64,000 nucleotides of DNA from Chrysomallon squamiferum. Its lineage: Eukaryota; Animalia; Mollusca. The first letter of the stretch is position 1. The number at the start of each line of letters is the position of its first letter. A program made the position numbers and the translations under genes. The DNA lies in NCBI GenBank assembly GCA_012295275.1, contig CM022674.1:3100001-3164000 (forward strand). Reading direction: 5' to 3'. Of this stretch, positions 42,389 through 58,994 are shown one piece after another. The notes under the pieces are model-generated. The model made no database searches. It saw only the letters and a list, made by a program, of their open reading frames with translations, and had not been told where the DNA came from.

Positions 42389-43175
42389 AAAGAGAAAAGA
42401 CACTACAAAAAAAAAGAAACAAAAATTGCAACAAAAGAAATGATGATAAACAAACAATAACTAATAATAATGATGATAATAATAATAATAATAATACCAC
42501 CACAGTTACATCTACTACTACTACTACTACTACTACTATTACAACGTTTGCTTGTACTTTTACTGATACTACGACCACTAATGTCACTTCTACAACCACC
42601 ACGATTACTACCACTATTCACTACGACTAAACACAAACCATTACCATTATGATAATATAAAAAAATATAAAAATATAAAAATTAAAAATTACTCACAAAA
42701 GCTCTGTGACGTAAACGCGTATTGTTGTGACGTCACGTTGTTTGTTTCCATGAACCCAAAGAAAGAACACGGAGATAAAAGCGGCTCACGAGCCTGGACA
42801 GAGTTGCGCGTGTGTGAATTTTTCGTGTATGCACGTACATGAGAATTACGATGTGAGTATGTTTATTCATATCAAGTTGCGTTTTTGTATGAATGATACA
42901 GAAATACAGAAATATATAAATAAAAATAATTTGTTTTTCTGTTATATATATATTTCTGTATTACTGTATTTATTTATTTATTTATTTATTTATTTATTTG
43001 TTTGTTTGTTTGTTTGTTTATTTATTTATTTATTATTATGATTATTGCTAACATCACCATCATCATCACAAGCCGTAGCAACATCGTCATCAGCATCGTT
43101 ATTACTGTTGTTACAGTTACTGCTGTTGTTTCTATTTTTATTGTTGCTGTTGTTGTTGTTGTTCCTCTTCTTCTT

Positions 43176-43246
<71 letters not shown>

Positions 43247-43720
43247 CATCAGCACCAGCATGATAATAACAATAATATTAAATAAATAAAGATTACTAAC
43301 CACAATGGCTATTGGGTATCACTCATTATTAACATGCGTACATAAATAAGTGAATCTAATTAAAGATCAACAAAAAAAATAAAAAATAAAAAATAAAAAA
43401 TAAAAAAATTTCAACTGGAAAAATTACAGCCAAATCTAGTTCTAGAAAAGTCTAGAAAAAAAACACACAAAAAAAAAAAAATAATAATAATAATAAAAAA
43501 AAATAATGTTTTTTTCTTTTTTTTTTTTTTTTTTTTTTTTCTTCACCCACTTTCTAAATGCCCATTAGATCTACGTCTGCTGCCACAATGTCATATTTTT
43601 TCTGACAGGCTCTCTCTGATCGTCTGTTTGCATGTGACGGGAACATTTTTAGCTGCAGGTTATTTGTCCGTGGACAAAATGGAAGTGTTTGTTCGACGTG
43701 CGACTAGGTGGTGTAGACAC

Positions 43721-43758
<38 letters not shown>

Positions 43759-43948
43759 ACGAAGAGATAAAATAAATTCCAAACGTAACGCGAGAGTACA
43801 GTGAGCAGACGAGAGTGATACATTTCACATTTCACGTCTGCTACTGTTTCATTAATCCCGGATGACCTTTCATTCGTACTTCTCTTTTTTTTCGTTTTTT
43901 TTTTTTTTTTGTTTTTTTGTAGTATGTAGTCACCTGCGTACCCGTTTT

Positions 43949-43983
<35 letters not shown>

Positions 43984-44207
43984 TATATTTATATATTTAT
44001 TTTTATGATTATTATTATTATTATTATTTTTGTTTTTTTTTTAGTTATTATTTTAATTGTCGATATTCAAGTAAATTTGACAAATAGACATTATTTTATT
44101 TGTTTATATATATATATATATATATATATGTGTAAAAATGTCTTGTCATTAAAAGTATAATCATCAATATATCATTACTATAATTAATGATGATGATGAT
44201 GATGATG

Positions 44208-44246
<39 letters not shown>

Positions 44247-46043
44247 AATACCACAGCTGCTACTGCTACTACTACGACAATTTTCATCATTAAAATCATC
44301 ATCGTCGTCATCATCATCATTATCATCTAAGGAAGAATTATGATGTTATCACCGTCACTGCTATTTTATTGTTTATGTTTACTTCAGAAGAGGATATTTA
44401 TTTAAAGACAAATCTATGTATCATACACTCTGTCGGCCTTATCGTATGTATTATAAATAGTTCCAGGAACACCCCCACCCCATCACCCCACCCCCCACAG
44501 ACGTGCAAAAGACGCGTGCACAGTGGAAGTTAAATTTAAAAAAAAAAAAAAAAAAAAAAATGACGTAATTTTAAATAACTGTGGACCATGTGTTGTTTTA
44601 TTGGTTTCCAGATGGACACAAATTTGCTATTCATTTTCAGATAATAAAGCCTGAATCTACGAGCTTGAAAGGAAAAACAAAAAGAATGAAAAATATCCAT
44701 CGCCGCCATTACATGAGATATACTTTTATATTAGTAACTAGGAATCTTTTATATTGTATTATACAGGAAAAGCATGTACCAATATAATTTAATACACTAA
44801 CTACCGCAGCCGTTGGTTAGAACTGGAAATATTCAACCTGGTGCTCTAAAGAGGATTGATACTGTGACCATTAAAAAAAAAAATAAAAAAATAAAAAGCT
44901 ACAGAGCATGACTATGGATTTTGTCAAATTTGGTTTTTCGATAAAGAATGCTATAGTGACATATACGACAATGCTAGTATGGTTAGTTAAATATTTTTTA
45001 AATTGAAAACTAAATCTGTTATTGTTTAGCCAGTTGAAATATGCATGGTTTAGAAATTGTTAATTATTTTAAAGTTAAAACAAAATACTGGAAATAATAC
45101 AGATAGCCAGCCGTACTTGTATTGTTAGGGTACTGTTAAATTTTATAATTAAGGTTAAATCAAAATACTTTTATTATATACATAGGTAACTATACCCGTA
45201 TTATTGGTGAACTGTTAATCTTTATTTAAAAGCTAAGATTTAAACGCAGCTGTACAAATATAAACAATTGTCGAGTCGGGATTAAGTGCAAAAAGATGAT
45301 CGGACATTCCTGTCTTTTCTTTTTGTCCTCACCATCATTCTAAAATATTTAAATTAAAAAACAATCATTCTTTCCATTGCCGAGACATGCAGAGTCTAAA
45401 TAGACCACCAGTGAAGTGGGTTCGTCTGTGTTTAGTAGCCAAAGAAATAAACGTTACGTTCATTTGATGTAGACTTAACTTGTAGATGCTAAGTATTCCT
45501 GATACGTGAAGAGAATTTATAATTTCCCACAAGAATCTGTACAGGCGGCTCGCAACAAAGAGGCCGCCGCAGTTTAAAAGAAAACACAGGTGAGACTGGG
45601 TTTTTGTGTTGTCGATGCTGTTGTTGCTGTTGCTGTTGCTGCTGCTGTTGGTGGTGGTGGTGATTTTTTTTTTTTTTTTTTTTTTTGCCAAATGACTTAG
45701 TGCGAAAAGAACTTCAAAGAAAGTCAGATGGTCTAGCAAATGGAAAAGACGTCTGGTTCACTGGTGATAACCGCAAAATGACCGTCTCGAGATAAGCTTT
45801 CGTATTTTTGTTTTGACGTGTGACGTTTTCGCTTTAATCCTAGAGTAAATGTTACGTTTGTCAAGTTGAGTCGTAAGTGATGAGGTAACGGCAAATAGTG
45901 GAGTTGTGGCGTAGATTTTTCTTCTTTTTTTTTTTTTTTTTCGTTTTTTTTTTTTTTTATTTTCGTGTATATATCAGTCTTATTTTTTTAAGTTGTTATT
46001 CTTAATTTTTGTCCTTTTTTTTTCTTTCTTTTATTTCTGTGGG

Positions 46044-46097
<54 letters not shown>

Positions 46098-46103
46098 TGT
46101 TAC

Positions 46104-46137
<34 letters not shown>

Positions 46138-46231
46138 TTATTATTATCTGTTATTTTTATTATTAATAAAAAGTCTTTTTATTAAGGGTATTTATTTTTG
46201 TTTATTATTTTAATTTCATAAAAAGATATTT

Positions 46232-46273
<42 letters not shown>

Positions 46274-47122
46274 ATTATCTTGTTTATACGATTGTTCATT
46301 GTTTCAAATTTTAAAAAAATTCTATAATTTCTGTTCTTCTTTTTAACCTTTTATTTTATACTAATGTTTTAAGATATTTATTTCTGTTCTTATTTTTCAA
46401 CTATTGTTTAATTCTTATTCGCAATTTATTAAAGTTTAAATATTCTTTTACTTACAAAACGTCATCATTTATTTAAACGAGTACTTTATTACTATTCATT
46501 TCCTTTCTCCGGATTTATTCATCATTATCGGGTTTGGCTCACTTCGTTATTTGTTTAAACAAAGCATGTGGTAACGCCTTCACCTGAACAAACACAGCCG
46601 CCATTAGCGAAATCCTTGTCATCTCGTATACTTCGTGTGAGTTCGTGTGTTTCCGTAATAGTGTTTAGTCTCGCTGTGTGTGGCGATCACGAGCTGGTCG
46701 CGTGACTGTTTTGCAGAAAGAAAAGAAATGTTTGATTGTTATTGTCATTATTATTATTAATCTTATTGTTGTTGTTGTTGTTGTTGTTGTTGTTAATGAA
46801 GTGTATGTAAAAGAAATTTGTTGGAAATACATTAACAAGTTGTTGCAGCTGTTGTTGCTCTTTTTCTTCTTCTTTTTCGTCTTCGTCTGATTCTAATTCT
46901 TCTTCTTCTTATTATTATTATTATATAATCAAACAAATTTTATTATTATTATTGTTTTTTTGTTGTTTGATTGCTTTTTTTTTTTTTTTTTTTTTTTTGT
47001 TTTTATTGTTTGTTTGGTTGGTTGATTGCTTTTAGTTTTGTATTTTTTTCTTTCATCTTATCATTTTTTAAGTCGAATTCTTTTGAAACAGAATCTATAG
47101 ACCTACACTCCTTCTTCTATTT

Positions 47123-47208
<86 letters not shown>

Positions 47209-47637
47209 CCTCCCTCCCTCCCTATCTCCATCTCTCTCTCTCTGAATCTCTAAATCTGTCTCTTTGTTTCTAGAAACTTCATTCTTTCAACTACTTTCTT
47301 TATCAGTCGTCTCTTCTTCTTTTTTTTTTTCGTCTCCCATTACCAGCTGAACTGAAACGGATCAGGAAAAGTGAAAGTGAGACGAAAGTATCAAACGTAA
47401 ATTCCTCTCTCGGGCCCTTACGCACCACTGCTCGCCACCTGAAACTCACTGTAGCGTTCGGGTATCGAATCAAGCCGGGCATCTCATCAGCGTGGGCCCG
47501 CAATCGCGACGACTGCGACATCAACAGCACACATTGTGTCCAAAACTCCGAAAAGTTACACAAAAGCCGAAAGCCCTATCATTGTCGTGCATCTGGTAAA
47601 ACTATCCAAAACAACACCGTGAATTGACGCCGATTAA

Positions 47638-47737
<100 letters not shown>

Positions 47738-47892
47738 CCTCCCTCCCTCCCATCCCATCCCATCCCATCCCATCCCATCCTATCCACCTGGAGAGACAGA
47801 CTTTGGGGTGGGTCTAAGTGGGCTTGTATTTCCTACCTGACAGATTTATTCACGGCCCAACCGCTTAGTTTTTCTATAAGACGATCACGCGA

Positions 47893-47925
<33 letters not shown>

Positions 47926-48990
47926 TATCTGATTTACCGCAAGCTTTATATACAGGGTGCACGGCCTTCCTCGGCGACATTTGGCCCCCGGGTCTACCCG
48001 TTTATCCGGCTTTTGTAACTAATGTAGCGAGCACGGGGAAAATCCTGCATTCGATTCTTTTTTTAAGCCGATGCGAAGATAAAGCGATAAGATGGACATA
48101 AACTAGACATTGTCCTGTCGGCGAGGCGAAAACTCGCGCGGTTTCGAAGTCGTGGCCAATTACGACTAGCGGCGGCCATTTTGAATTACGATGTAGGTAT
48201 TTTTTTTTTTCATGTCGTGCGTGCTGAGCAAGACCACCCAGAAGAGAGGCATGCGTGGGAAGAAAGAGATATTTGAGATGCAGAATTCCTCTTTCTTATT
48301 TTTTTATTTTATTTTATTTTATTTTTTGTGGGGGTTAAATTAGAACAAATAAACATTCCAATATTTTTGTGTTTTCTTTAAGAAGTTTGGTTTTTAAAAA
48401 AAAAAAAAAAAAATACCAAGTAAATATGTATGGTTTTCTTTTGTTTTGTTTCTCTACTTTTTACTTAATCTGTGTTTTTTTTCTTTTATTTATTTATTTA
48501 TTTTTTTTTATTTATTTATTTATTTATTTTTTTATTTTTTTTTTTTTTGAAACGTCAGCAGAATCTTTATCAGACAATTTTCTTTCTTTTCAATAAATAA
48601 ATCTTAATTGTTTTTTTGCTTTTTTTAACTCAGGCAACTACATACTCAAACCGACATCGTTTCTTCTTTTCCGTTTGAAAATCTACCCATGTAGTACCCG
48701 CTGACTGTCTTTTATAGATTATGACTTCTTTAAAAACGTCCTTGTTTGTTCATACGTAATCTTTGTTACATGGGGATTAAGATGGTGCAAGATAAGAAAA
48801 ATAAAAAAAGAGATGATACTAAAGGAAAGAAAAATAATTAATTTTCATTTCTCATAGCGACACACTCATTGTTAAGTTATTAGCAGTAAGAAAAAGGAAC
48901 AGACCTCCTTTTCGATGTAGTAGATGCGTAAATAGTATGTGTTTCAAACCTACCTGATCGCCATTTCCTCTTGTTGTGTGCTTCATATCA

Positions 48991-49067
<77 letters not shown>

Positions 49068-50477
49068 GATATTCGTGATAAGATGTGTATTTGTTCTTTT
49101 GTTGGTTTTCTTTATGATTTTATTTAATTTAGAGTGTTTCAGTGTTTAACGATGATAAAAATGTAATACCGTGTTCTTCTATGTTTCTGTTTTTCTTCTA
49201 TTTATGATAAGCATGAGACAACGAACATATTTCTTTGCATCTCAAACGAAATCTTCATCTTAAAAATATTTTACGTCTAAAATTTAATAATAGCACAACA
49301 TAAATTTAACAAACCATTTTTGTTTTCTTCTTCTTATATATTTTTTTCTCATTCTCACTCTCTGTCTATTTATTTTTCGTTCAGCGCGAGTTTTTGCAAG
49401 CCTTCTTTTTCTTTTTTCTTTTTTTTTTTCTTTAAACAAAATGTCGGTGAGAGGACAACCATTCAAACTGCCTGCACTGGAATTTGACTAACTGTTCCGC
49501 CGTTACATTTGCACGTGGGTCAGTCAGATCAACGGTATTTTTTTTTTTTTTTAGCTATCACGACAATAAGACCCGCATAGATGCATTCCCCCCCCTCCCC
49601 TGATTAAACGTCCAGTTACACAGGAAAAATATACACTGGTTATTTAACACAGTTTTTCATTGCTCGAAGAACAAAGTGCCCGTGTTTGCACGGGTCACGT
49701 TCCGTGGAGTACGCTGGGCTCCAAATCCGTGATTTAGCATCCAGTAATTGGCTTCCGGGGTCAGATTTACGACCTTGTGTACATAAAGGTGCGAACCGGA
49801 ACAAAAGCACGGACCTCGTTAAATCAGTTTTTAAAGAGAGGGTTTTGAAGAAAGTGAAAATGGGGTCTCGATAAACAACGTTTTAATTTCGTTCCTTGTC
49901 GCGACCGTGAAAACTTGCAGGGATCGTCGTACCGACGTCGGTGATGTGGTCTTTAAATCAAGGTGATACTAAGAAAGAAAGAAAAAAAAAAAGAAGAAGA
50001 AAAAAAAAGGATAGAAAGAAAAACAAAATATCTTCTGAAATGAAGAGTAAATAAATGTTAAGTCCGTACAAAATATCAAGCATTCCACTTTTATTTTTTT
50101 TTTTTTTTTTTGTTGTTCTTTTTTTTTTTTTATTATTATTCTTTTTTATCCTGATACAGTTACGTAGATTTATAATGGACACTGTTATTGTTATTATGGT
50201 TCCTCATATATTTTTGTTTTTATTGCTATATACCTTTATTTCCTTTTAATTATTTTTTTTAAATTTTTTATTTCTTTTTTTACTTTTTGTTTTCCGGGGG
50301 TGTGTATTTTATTATTATTATTATTATTATTATCACGTCGTCATTATTGTTTAACAAGCTTCGATTATTATTTTTTTCTTTCTGTTATTGTTGCGGTTTA
50401 TAATTATTTCTTCTTTTCAGTTTTTCCTATTATTATATATGTGTGTGTGTATATATCTATATCTATCTATCTATCTA

Positions 50478-50526
<49 letters not shown>

Positions 50527-50566
50527 ATTAATTATAAAATGTAATTGTTTTTATTACAGACCCACT

Positions 50567-50652
<86 letters not shown>

Positions 50653-51885
50653 CTCTCTGACATTTTTAATTTGACCTTTACTGGGCACGTGTCACTCTCA
50701 AAAAAAAAAAAAAAAGTCGCTCGCGCCATCGTGCGACGTCACAAGCTGTAACTTCGCGGGCAGACGATCTGCACGTTCACTTGGCACGAACGCGACACGA
50801 GTTTAACCGAACTAATCCGAAAGCTAACGAAACGTTTTCTGTGCGGCGACACAGACGTAGAATGTGCCTGTTTGCAAGGCACCGTTAAATGGGTTCATCA
50901 AACTAACCACACAACAGAGTCAGTTCCCATTTATACAACAAGTTCAGACGTGTTTACCAGCGGGAACAAATCGTGGGAATACGTGCATACGCACACGCAC
51001 ACGCATGCATATATATATAAATATATATATATATATACATTAAGGTTCTCTTGATGGCCAAACGATAACATCGTCCGCTTACAAATGGGTGCCATACGTT
51101 CGAAACTCGTATATAGATTGATAAATAAAATTGTACTAACTATTAAACTACGTAAACTTTAAGGCAATATTTTATGTAGCACCTCTAAATGATTTTTTTT
51201 TTTTTTTTTTTTTTATTATTATTATTATGGTTCGTTGGTTCTTCACAAGCCATTTTTTTTTTTTTATTTCTGATGTGAAAACAAATTATTTTTACAACTA
51301 CCTGTTACCGTTGTCGCCTTTATTCCGTATCGTGTTTTTGTTATTGTTAAAAAACGGTGTAATATTTACGTGTAAAAATCATCAATGTTTTCTTCAAAAA
51401 GTGACATATCTGGGACTCCGAATAAGGCACAAACCTTGACGGTAATTGTCATCTTGTCAATTGGTTGTGATTTCAGTATTTTTAATGTCTGTTCTGTCGC
51501 TGTCAAGTGAGAAAATGGAAAAAAAAAAAAAAAATAATAAAACGTCTGTTTGTGTTCGTTTCAAATTGAGGTTGTGACACGTTGGTTTCAAAACAAGACA
51601 AATTTAAAATCATTTTTATGTGCTTACTACAAAGTTGGGTTATTTTTTTATTTTTTTTTTTTTATTTTTTTGGCATAGTTATTTTGATTGACTGCCGAAA
51701 AAAAAAAAAAAAAGAAGAAAAATACGAAAATGCACGATTTTTAAACTAGAAGAAAAGCCATTTATATACTAATCTTTTTTATTTTTTCATTGAAATTAAA
51801 CTATTTAAAATATGTTTTATTTGTTTATACCTTAGTTTGTCATATTTTATTGTTTGTTTGTAACTTTTTTTTTATTTTTTTTTTC

Positions 51886-51917
<32 letters not shown>

Positions 51918-52479
51918 TTTTTATTTTTGTTGTTCGATTTTGTCTGATTATTAGTGTCTGTTTTGTTAACAGTTCGGTGTTTATATATCTCTTTATTTTG
52001 TACCTGTTTTAATGTTCATATAATTACTTAAATGAACGGGTTGTGCGTTTTTGAATGTCGTTACTAGAATTAAGAATGAACAAATAACCTTTTTTAAAAA
52101 TTAAAATTAAAATTATATATATATATATATATAAGAAAGTCAGTAACTGGGTATCCAAACTGGACACAACACATTTTAAAACTGTCTAGTCACACAATAC
52201 TAGAAAAATAACCGTTAATTCTGCAGTTCATGTAATAAATTTACAACAGTATTTGTATCTTTGCGTCAAGTTTAAAGTTACAGCAAGTACGAAATCCTGT
52301 ACAAAGCACATATATCTAAGAGAGTGCGAATAAATGACGTAGTAAAATTCTTTATGCTTTTAAAGTATTGTTTACTGCCTCAAACGATCTATCTTCACTC
52401 GTAGCAAAAACGCATCGGTAAGATAATACTATTATAAAACATCACAAAGTCGCAATTTTATCCTTTCACGCCTACAGCT

Positions 52480-52566
52480 GTGACGTCATCAAGTACGTGG
52501 CGGACAGATAGCTGTATAGAGTTCTAGGCAAACCTTTTGAATAAACCCTGTACGCGATGACGTCAC
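52480..52566. mobile_element. Short inverted-repeat (MITE-like) element, second copy
   Basis: GTGACGTCATCAAGTAC ... GTACGCGATGACGTCAC, followed by ttacag as in the copy at 7554. Confidence 0.4.
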
Positions 52567-54333
52567 GGTTACAGAAACATGGCGATACCTAGCAGATATT
52601 TTTGACTCCATTTTTTTTTTTTTTTTTTTTTTTTCTTAAGTCGTTATTAACTGAAATTGGAAGACAGAAAAACAAAAGTAAAATATAACTGCAGAATACA
52701 TGGGGTTTTTTTGTATGATCAAAGCTAGAGTTTTATTTATTTACAAGTTAAAAAATCGGATATTTGATACTGATCTGTTGTTTAAAGAGAAACTTAATGG
52801 AACTACAATAAACATTTTACTTGTTTTCAAATTTTAGATAATTTCAGGATTAATAAAATCCAAAACGAATGACAGATTTTAATCATAAATGTTTATTTAT
52901 TTATTTATTTTTTTATTATTTTTATTTTATTTTATTTTATTTTATTTTTTTTTTTTTTTTTTTATAATATTCAATCTCTGTTAGATATCTATTATGTATA
53001 TCCCATTTGATTGTAAGTTTGTTGTAGTGATATTTTTCTAATTTAATTTTGTATATAATTACAATAAATCGAATCTAAATTTACTCACTACCGTTACTTG
53101 AAGTCAACCCACATTAAAGCTAAACATTCATAAACTTTAGATCCCACAGACAGCGTCGAAATATTCAATGTCGCTTCTACATAACAGTATTTCAGTTCGT
53201 TCATTTTCCTTGCATGTGTACACAGAGTAGATAGATAGATAGATAGACTGAGAGATAGACAGAAAGACAGTCAGAGAGAGAGAAAGAGAGAGAGGGAGGG
53301 AGACAGACAGATAGATAGATAGAGAGACAGAGAGAGAGAAGAGGGAGAGTAAGAGAGAGAGAGAGAGACAGAGATACAGAGACAGAGACAGAGAGAGACA
53401 CAGGGACAGAGACAGAGACAGAGAGAGAGAGAGACAGAGAGAGAGGGTAGAAGGATGGAAACAGGTAGAAGGGTGGAAAGATAGACGGATAGAGAGATAG
53501 AGAGAGAGAATAGGTAGATAGACAGTCAGATGGATAGACAGACAAAGACATTTAAAGATAAATAAAATGATAGATACATACATACATACATACATACATA
53601 GATGGGTGGATGGATGGATGGAACGATAGATAGATAGATAGATAGTCAGATAGACAGATGAACGTACAGACAAACTGACAGACAGACTACACACACCTGT
53701 ATATTCTCACACGTGTACACAATATCCGCACACCTACATTACACGCAAACACTGGCAACGTTAGACTTCGCTTGGTTCTTTGAACACTGTACACAACACA
53801 ACGTTCACACACACACACACACTGCAAAGATCCAACCAAAGTCCAAACGTACCAGTTATATTTATGAGCGACATTACAATATATCAAGCGACGCCATAAA
53901 ATGCGTCGTGTCGGCAATATAAATATAATAAAAAGTCTATTTATTTGCACGTTATTGCCAAATTATGTGTCAGATCGCCGTCAGTTTATGCCGGAAGGCG
54001 CTATACCGTTAGTTTATTAAATGCTACGCTTGCAAGTTAGGTTGTGTTGTTGTGAGAAAATGGCGTTAAGGCGTCAGAGGTAATGGTCTATCGCTGTCAG
54101 GGATCTCGCAGTTTTCTGTTTGTTTATGTTTTGTGTGAGTTTTGTGTGAATTACTGCAAAAGAAAATGGGATTTAGATATAACAAAACAAAACAATAACA
54201 AAAAAATAAAAAATAATAAAAAATAAAACAGGAAAATTTTGTTTTTGAAAAGCTACAGATAGTTAACAGTTAAAATGAACAAAGAAATGATACAAATAAA
54301 TAAATAAATAAATAAATAAAATAAATAAAGAAA

Positions 54334-54372
<39 letters not shown>

Positions 54373-54373
54373 A

Positions 54374-54413
<40 letters not shown>

Positions 54414-56581
54414 AATAAAATAAAATTAATCAATAAACTATAAATCAGTAGAGAAAAAAAAAAATAAAAAATAAAATTAAATATATATATTTTCTTTTTT
54501 CAATATTTGTATATATAAATCTGTGTCCTTCCGTAATAAAAAATAAATAAATGGTTAAAATCAAAGAGACTGAAAATTTTGGCATATGACTTATAAATAA
54601 TTAAACTGAAATCGGTTTTGGTGGTAATTATGGCTGTTGGTGATCTTGGGCTTTGTGGTCGCTTTAACATTTTGTACTCGTGATGGTTATGGCATATCGT
54701 GTCAGTAAAGACTTTATTTTAATTTTATTTATTTATTTTTTTGGCTTTGAATCATTAACGGCTTACGCAACTGCATTCATTTTCATTTCAAACAATTTTT
54801 TTTTTTTTTTTTTTTTTTTTCATCTATTCAAAACACGAACGAGCAGCATTAATCATCACTGAGGTTGCACGATATTTATTCATTGCTTTTTAGGTTTCAA
54901 ACTCAGTCAGTTATTTAAATAGCAACGGGTTTTGAAAACGCAGCCCCAGAAAAAATCTTCCAATATACGACAGGAAATGCTCGTTCAGCGTCATCAGACA
55001 AGGGATTTAAAACAAACAGAATGTAAGCTTCAAACACGTCACTTTCTTTTCATTTGGTAAATCTGACTGTTGAAATATCTGACACTTGAAAAAAGGAAAA
55101 AAAAAAAAAAAAAAAAAAAAAGCCTGGCAGTGTATTTTGTAGATAAAGTCTGGTGTCAGCAAAACGGGTTGACACTTTGTAAAATGTTTTATATGGTCAT
55201 TTGCTAAAGATGTGTGTAATTCATTCGGAAAGCTGCCTAATCCACTTAATGCCTTTTAAATCCCTTGGTTTTTTGGACCCCGCTAATAAATATGTCACGC
55301 GGCCAGATTATTCGAACAAAGGGAGTAAAACGGGAAATATATCTGCGAAATAAATGAATCGCAAAATTACGTTTTTTTATTGCGACGTGATCGTTTTAAG
55401 GTGAACAACATGCGATGTAATAAATAAAACAAATTGGAAAGACGATAAGTATAACGGTCATTCCGTGAACAGATCCCATGACGAAAAGTAAAATTTTAAA
55501 TTCACCATTTTGAAATTTTGGAGATGCCTGGTTTTGAACCATTGCATTTTGGGCCAAAATTGGGCATCACCGACTCCTTTAAGGCCTAGATATCTCGGTA
55601 ACCTGGTTGTAGATTTTGGTGAACTGTTGTCATTGGAAAGCTCCTTTTTTTTTTTTTTCATCTTGAATTTGTTTTTGTGGCCAAAGACACTTTGAAATGA
55701 CATCTAGTGAAAATTAAACTCATAGATGTAACCTACAACATATAAAAACATCCATAAATGTAATATTTTTAGTTTAGTAGCAAAATGCACTTAAAATAGT
55801 CATACATCACCACAAAATGTAAATTTTCATACTTCTAATTAATTAATGTGCACTATAGTGTATTAAGGAAATGTGTCAAAGTTTTAGTAGTTTATTAGAA
55901 TCCTACTCTGGATAATGGTTTAGAAAGATACTAATGATGTAATTTTGGAGCTAGACACTACAAAATGTAAGAAGGTGAGGTTTAAACTGTGACACGGAAA
56001 TTACCGTAATCCTAACTGTCAACAACTGTTTTTCTTCTTCATCTTTCTTTTTTTTTTTTTTTATTGTTGTTATTTTTCTTTATTTGTTTGCTTGTTAGTT
56101 AATTTGTTTGGGTTTTGGGGGTTTTTTTTTACATCCTCATCTTGTATTTATTTTTTATATTGTTTTATGTTTTCGTTAAAAGTGAAAAAAGTTATTTGCA
56201 AAATAATTAAACAAATAAATGTAGTAGTAAAAATAAAATAAGTCAGTATATTATAAGAATAAATAAATAAAAAAAAATAAAAAATAAACAAATAAAAAAA
56301 AAATATAAACAAATAAATTAATTTAAAATAAAAAAAATAAAATAAACAAATAAACTAACAAAAAAATATAACAAATAAATAAATATAAAATAAATAAAGA
56401 AAGAAGTATTTAATAAACAACCAAACAAACAAACAATTAAACAAAATATAAGCAACAAACAAATAAACACATACAAAAAAAAAAAAATAATAATAATGTG
56501 GATAAATTACAACTGATTAACAAAAAAATAAATTATAATCGATAAATTATAATAATAATGATTAATAATAATAATTTAAAT

Positions 56582-56616
<35 letters not shown>

Positions 56617-57467
56617 CAACAATAAAATAAAGAAATCAAATAAATATTCGTCCGATGTTTTAGCCTGCGAGTAAAAAATGCATTTGTTCAGTATGCATAT
56701 AACACAACATAACAGTCGTAAACAAAATTCACACTCCGACACCGGCGAGGGTCAAAGGTTAATCTTCACACAATATAAAATATCTGTCAGTCACCCAATG
56801 CAGGGCAGACATGTTGAAATATTGCTCCTCGCTGCAATTTCGACGCAAGTCGTTCGCACAAAGTTAATCTTTACCCCCCGGAGATACATAAATTATTCAT
56901 GAAAAAAAAAAAAAAAAAAAAAATCACCGGATAACAGAACATCAATTATCTTTGACCTTAACCTCTGACCTCCCCGACGGTTAAAAACAATTGGACTCAG
57001 TGGTGCAGCCAGCGAGGTGTTTTAGAATTTCGGTTCTCTTTGCCAGGTCGGTAGAGGTCGTATGACGTCATATTATTAAAAAAAAAAAAAAAAAAAAATA
57101 CTCCGATGACACTAATGCAGTTTCGTGTTAATATTACGAGTAATGGTGTCCAGTAACTTTTCGTCTGGATTTATACGTAACTGAAGTCTGTAACGGTACT
57201 CGTTTTAACCCGTGGGCCTCATTTCCGATGTCAGGTTTCTGTGGATCTCATTATAATAATTTATGCCATTATGATATTTATTTCTTCACTGGGTTCATTA
57301 ACTGGTTGGCTGTGTTGTAAAAAAAAAAAAAAAAAAAATGTCAGATTATGGCAATTTTCGATAATACAATAGTGGTTCACGTGCGTGGTATGGAGAGAGA
57401 AAAAAAAATAGTTTGTGTTTTATGGAGACGTGTGTGTGTGTGTTTAAATTAACATTATTATTATTAT

Positions 57468-57508
<41 letters not shown>

Positions 57509-57809
57509 GTAAATATCTACAGTTCTTGAACTGGGTTGTCTTTGTTTATTTTATTATATTTTTTATTTTTACTTTTTTTTAATGTTAACGTGCACTAAAT
57601 TCATAATAAGTTTAAATATATATTTGAACTTAAGTCACTTAAAGTCATGTTTTATTATTATTATTATTATTTTTTTTTTTCTTATTAACAGTAGTTGTTG
57701 TTGTTCTAGTAGCATCAGCTAATAGCAATAATAATAATAATATTGGTAATAAATAATTTAATAATTTCATATACATAATTATTGTTATGGATCAGATATT
57801 TCCCGCTAT

Positions 57810-57840
<31 letters not shown>

Positions 57841-58084
57841 TTATCGTCATTATCATCACTTTCATCTCAAAATTATTATTATTATCATTATCATCTCATT
57901 CTTCTTCTTCTTCTTCTTCTTCTTCTTCTTCATACTGTTTTTTTATTTTTCTTTGTGGCGAAGTTTTTTGCGATTGTTTTAGATAATGATTGCTGATGTC
58001 ATTTTAAGCGAGCTTCTTTATTTTTCTTTTTATTCATCCGTCTGTCTGCTTATCTTTGTCTCTTTGTTAATATCATTATCAGTG

Positions 58085-58121
<37 letters not shown>

Positions 58122-58551
58122 TTCTGTAAAAATCTTCCATAATTATGACGTAATCGAAAATTTTCTATCGTCTTCTCTAAAACTAGTAATAAAAATTTAA
58201 AAAAAAAAACGCATTAAAAAGAATACAGTATTCGAACAGTTATTTTGTTTCTAAATCTTTCTACAGTTTCCGTTTCCACCTTCTTGACTTAAAAACTATC
58301 AGAAATATCTGATCTCGTTTCGAGATAACCACAACAACAAAACTGCAGTGTTAAAACACCAACAGGCAGGAAACATCGCTGGTGTTCGACAAGGGTTAAC
58401 GATAACCTCCAATGTTCTCTGAGTTTCGTGTCAGTGCGTTTCAAATCTCTTTATTACCAGTCGCAGATTTAATATTGTCAGACACGGATTTTGCCGAAGA
58501 CAAATCTATATAGGCTTTTTTTTTCTTTTTTTTTTTTTTTTTAATTTTTTG

Positions 58552-58604
<53 letters not shown>

Positions 58605-58616
58605 TGTCAGATCAAA

Positions 58617-58653
<37 letters not shown>

Positions 58654-58961
58654 GGTTTTATTACAAGGTATCGGTTTTCGCTAAAATAAATTTACTTCTG
58701 GCACTTGTTCTTTTTCAAGATAAACTGCCATGTGGATGAAACTGAGCTTTAATTTATTGTCCCGAATGCAAGAGGAAAATGCTCTTCGCTGTCTTTTTGC
58801 TCGTACATCACGTGTTTGTTATGTGTACTGCAGGTGAAGTGTTCCGTTTGTTTCGTCGAGTCTTTAGTAAACCGAGACTTCCTACTTGTCTCTTAAACAA
58901 GTCAGAACCTTTCTGTATTACTGTTATTATTAACATCGTATATGATGAGAGCGATGATAGC

Positions 58962-58994
<33 letters not shown>

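Noticed and set aside
55450-55980. Possible DNA-transposon (TTAA-flanked, Kolobok-like) fragment
   Set aside because: Only one candidate terminus (cctttaa at about 55576-55582) was seen; no matching second end or coding remnant.
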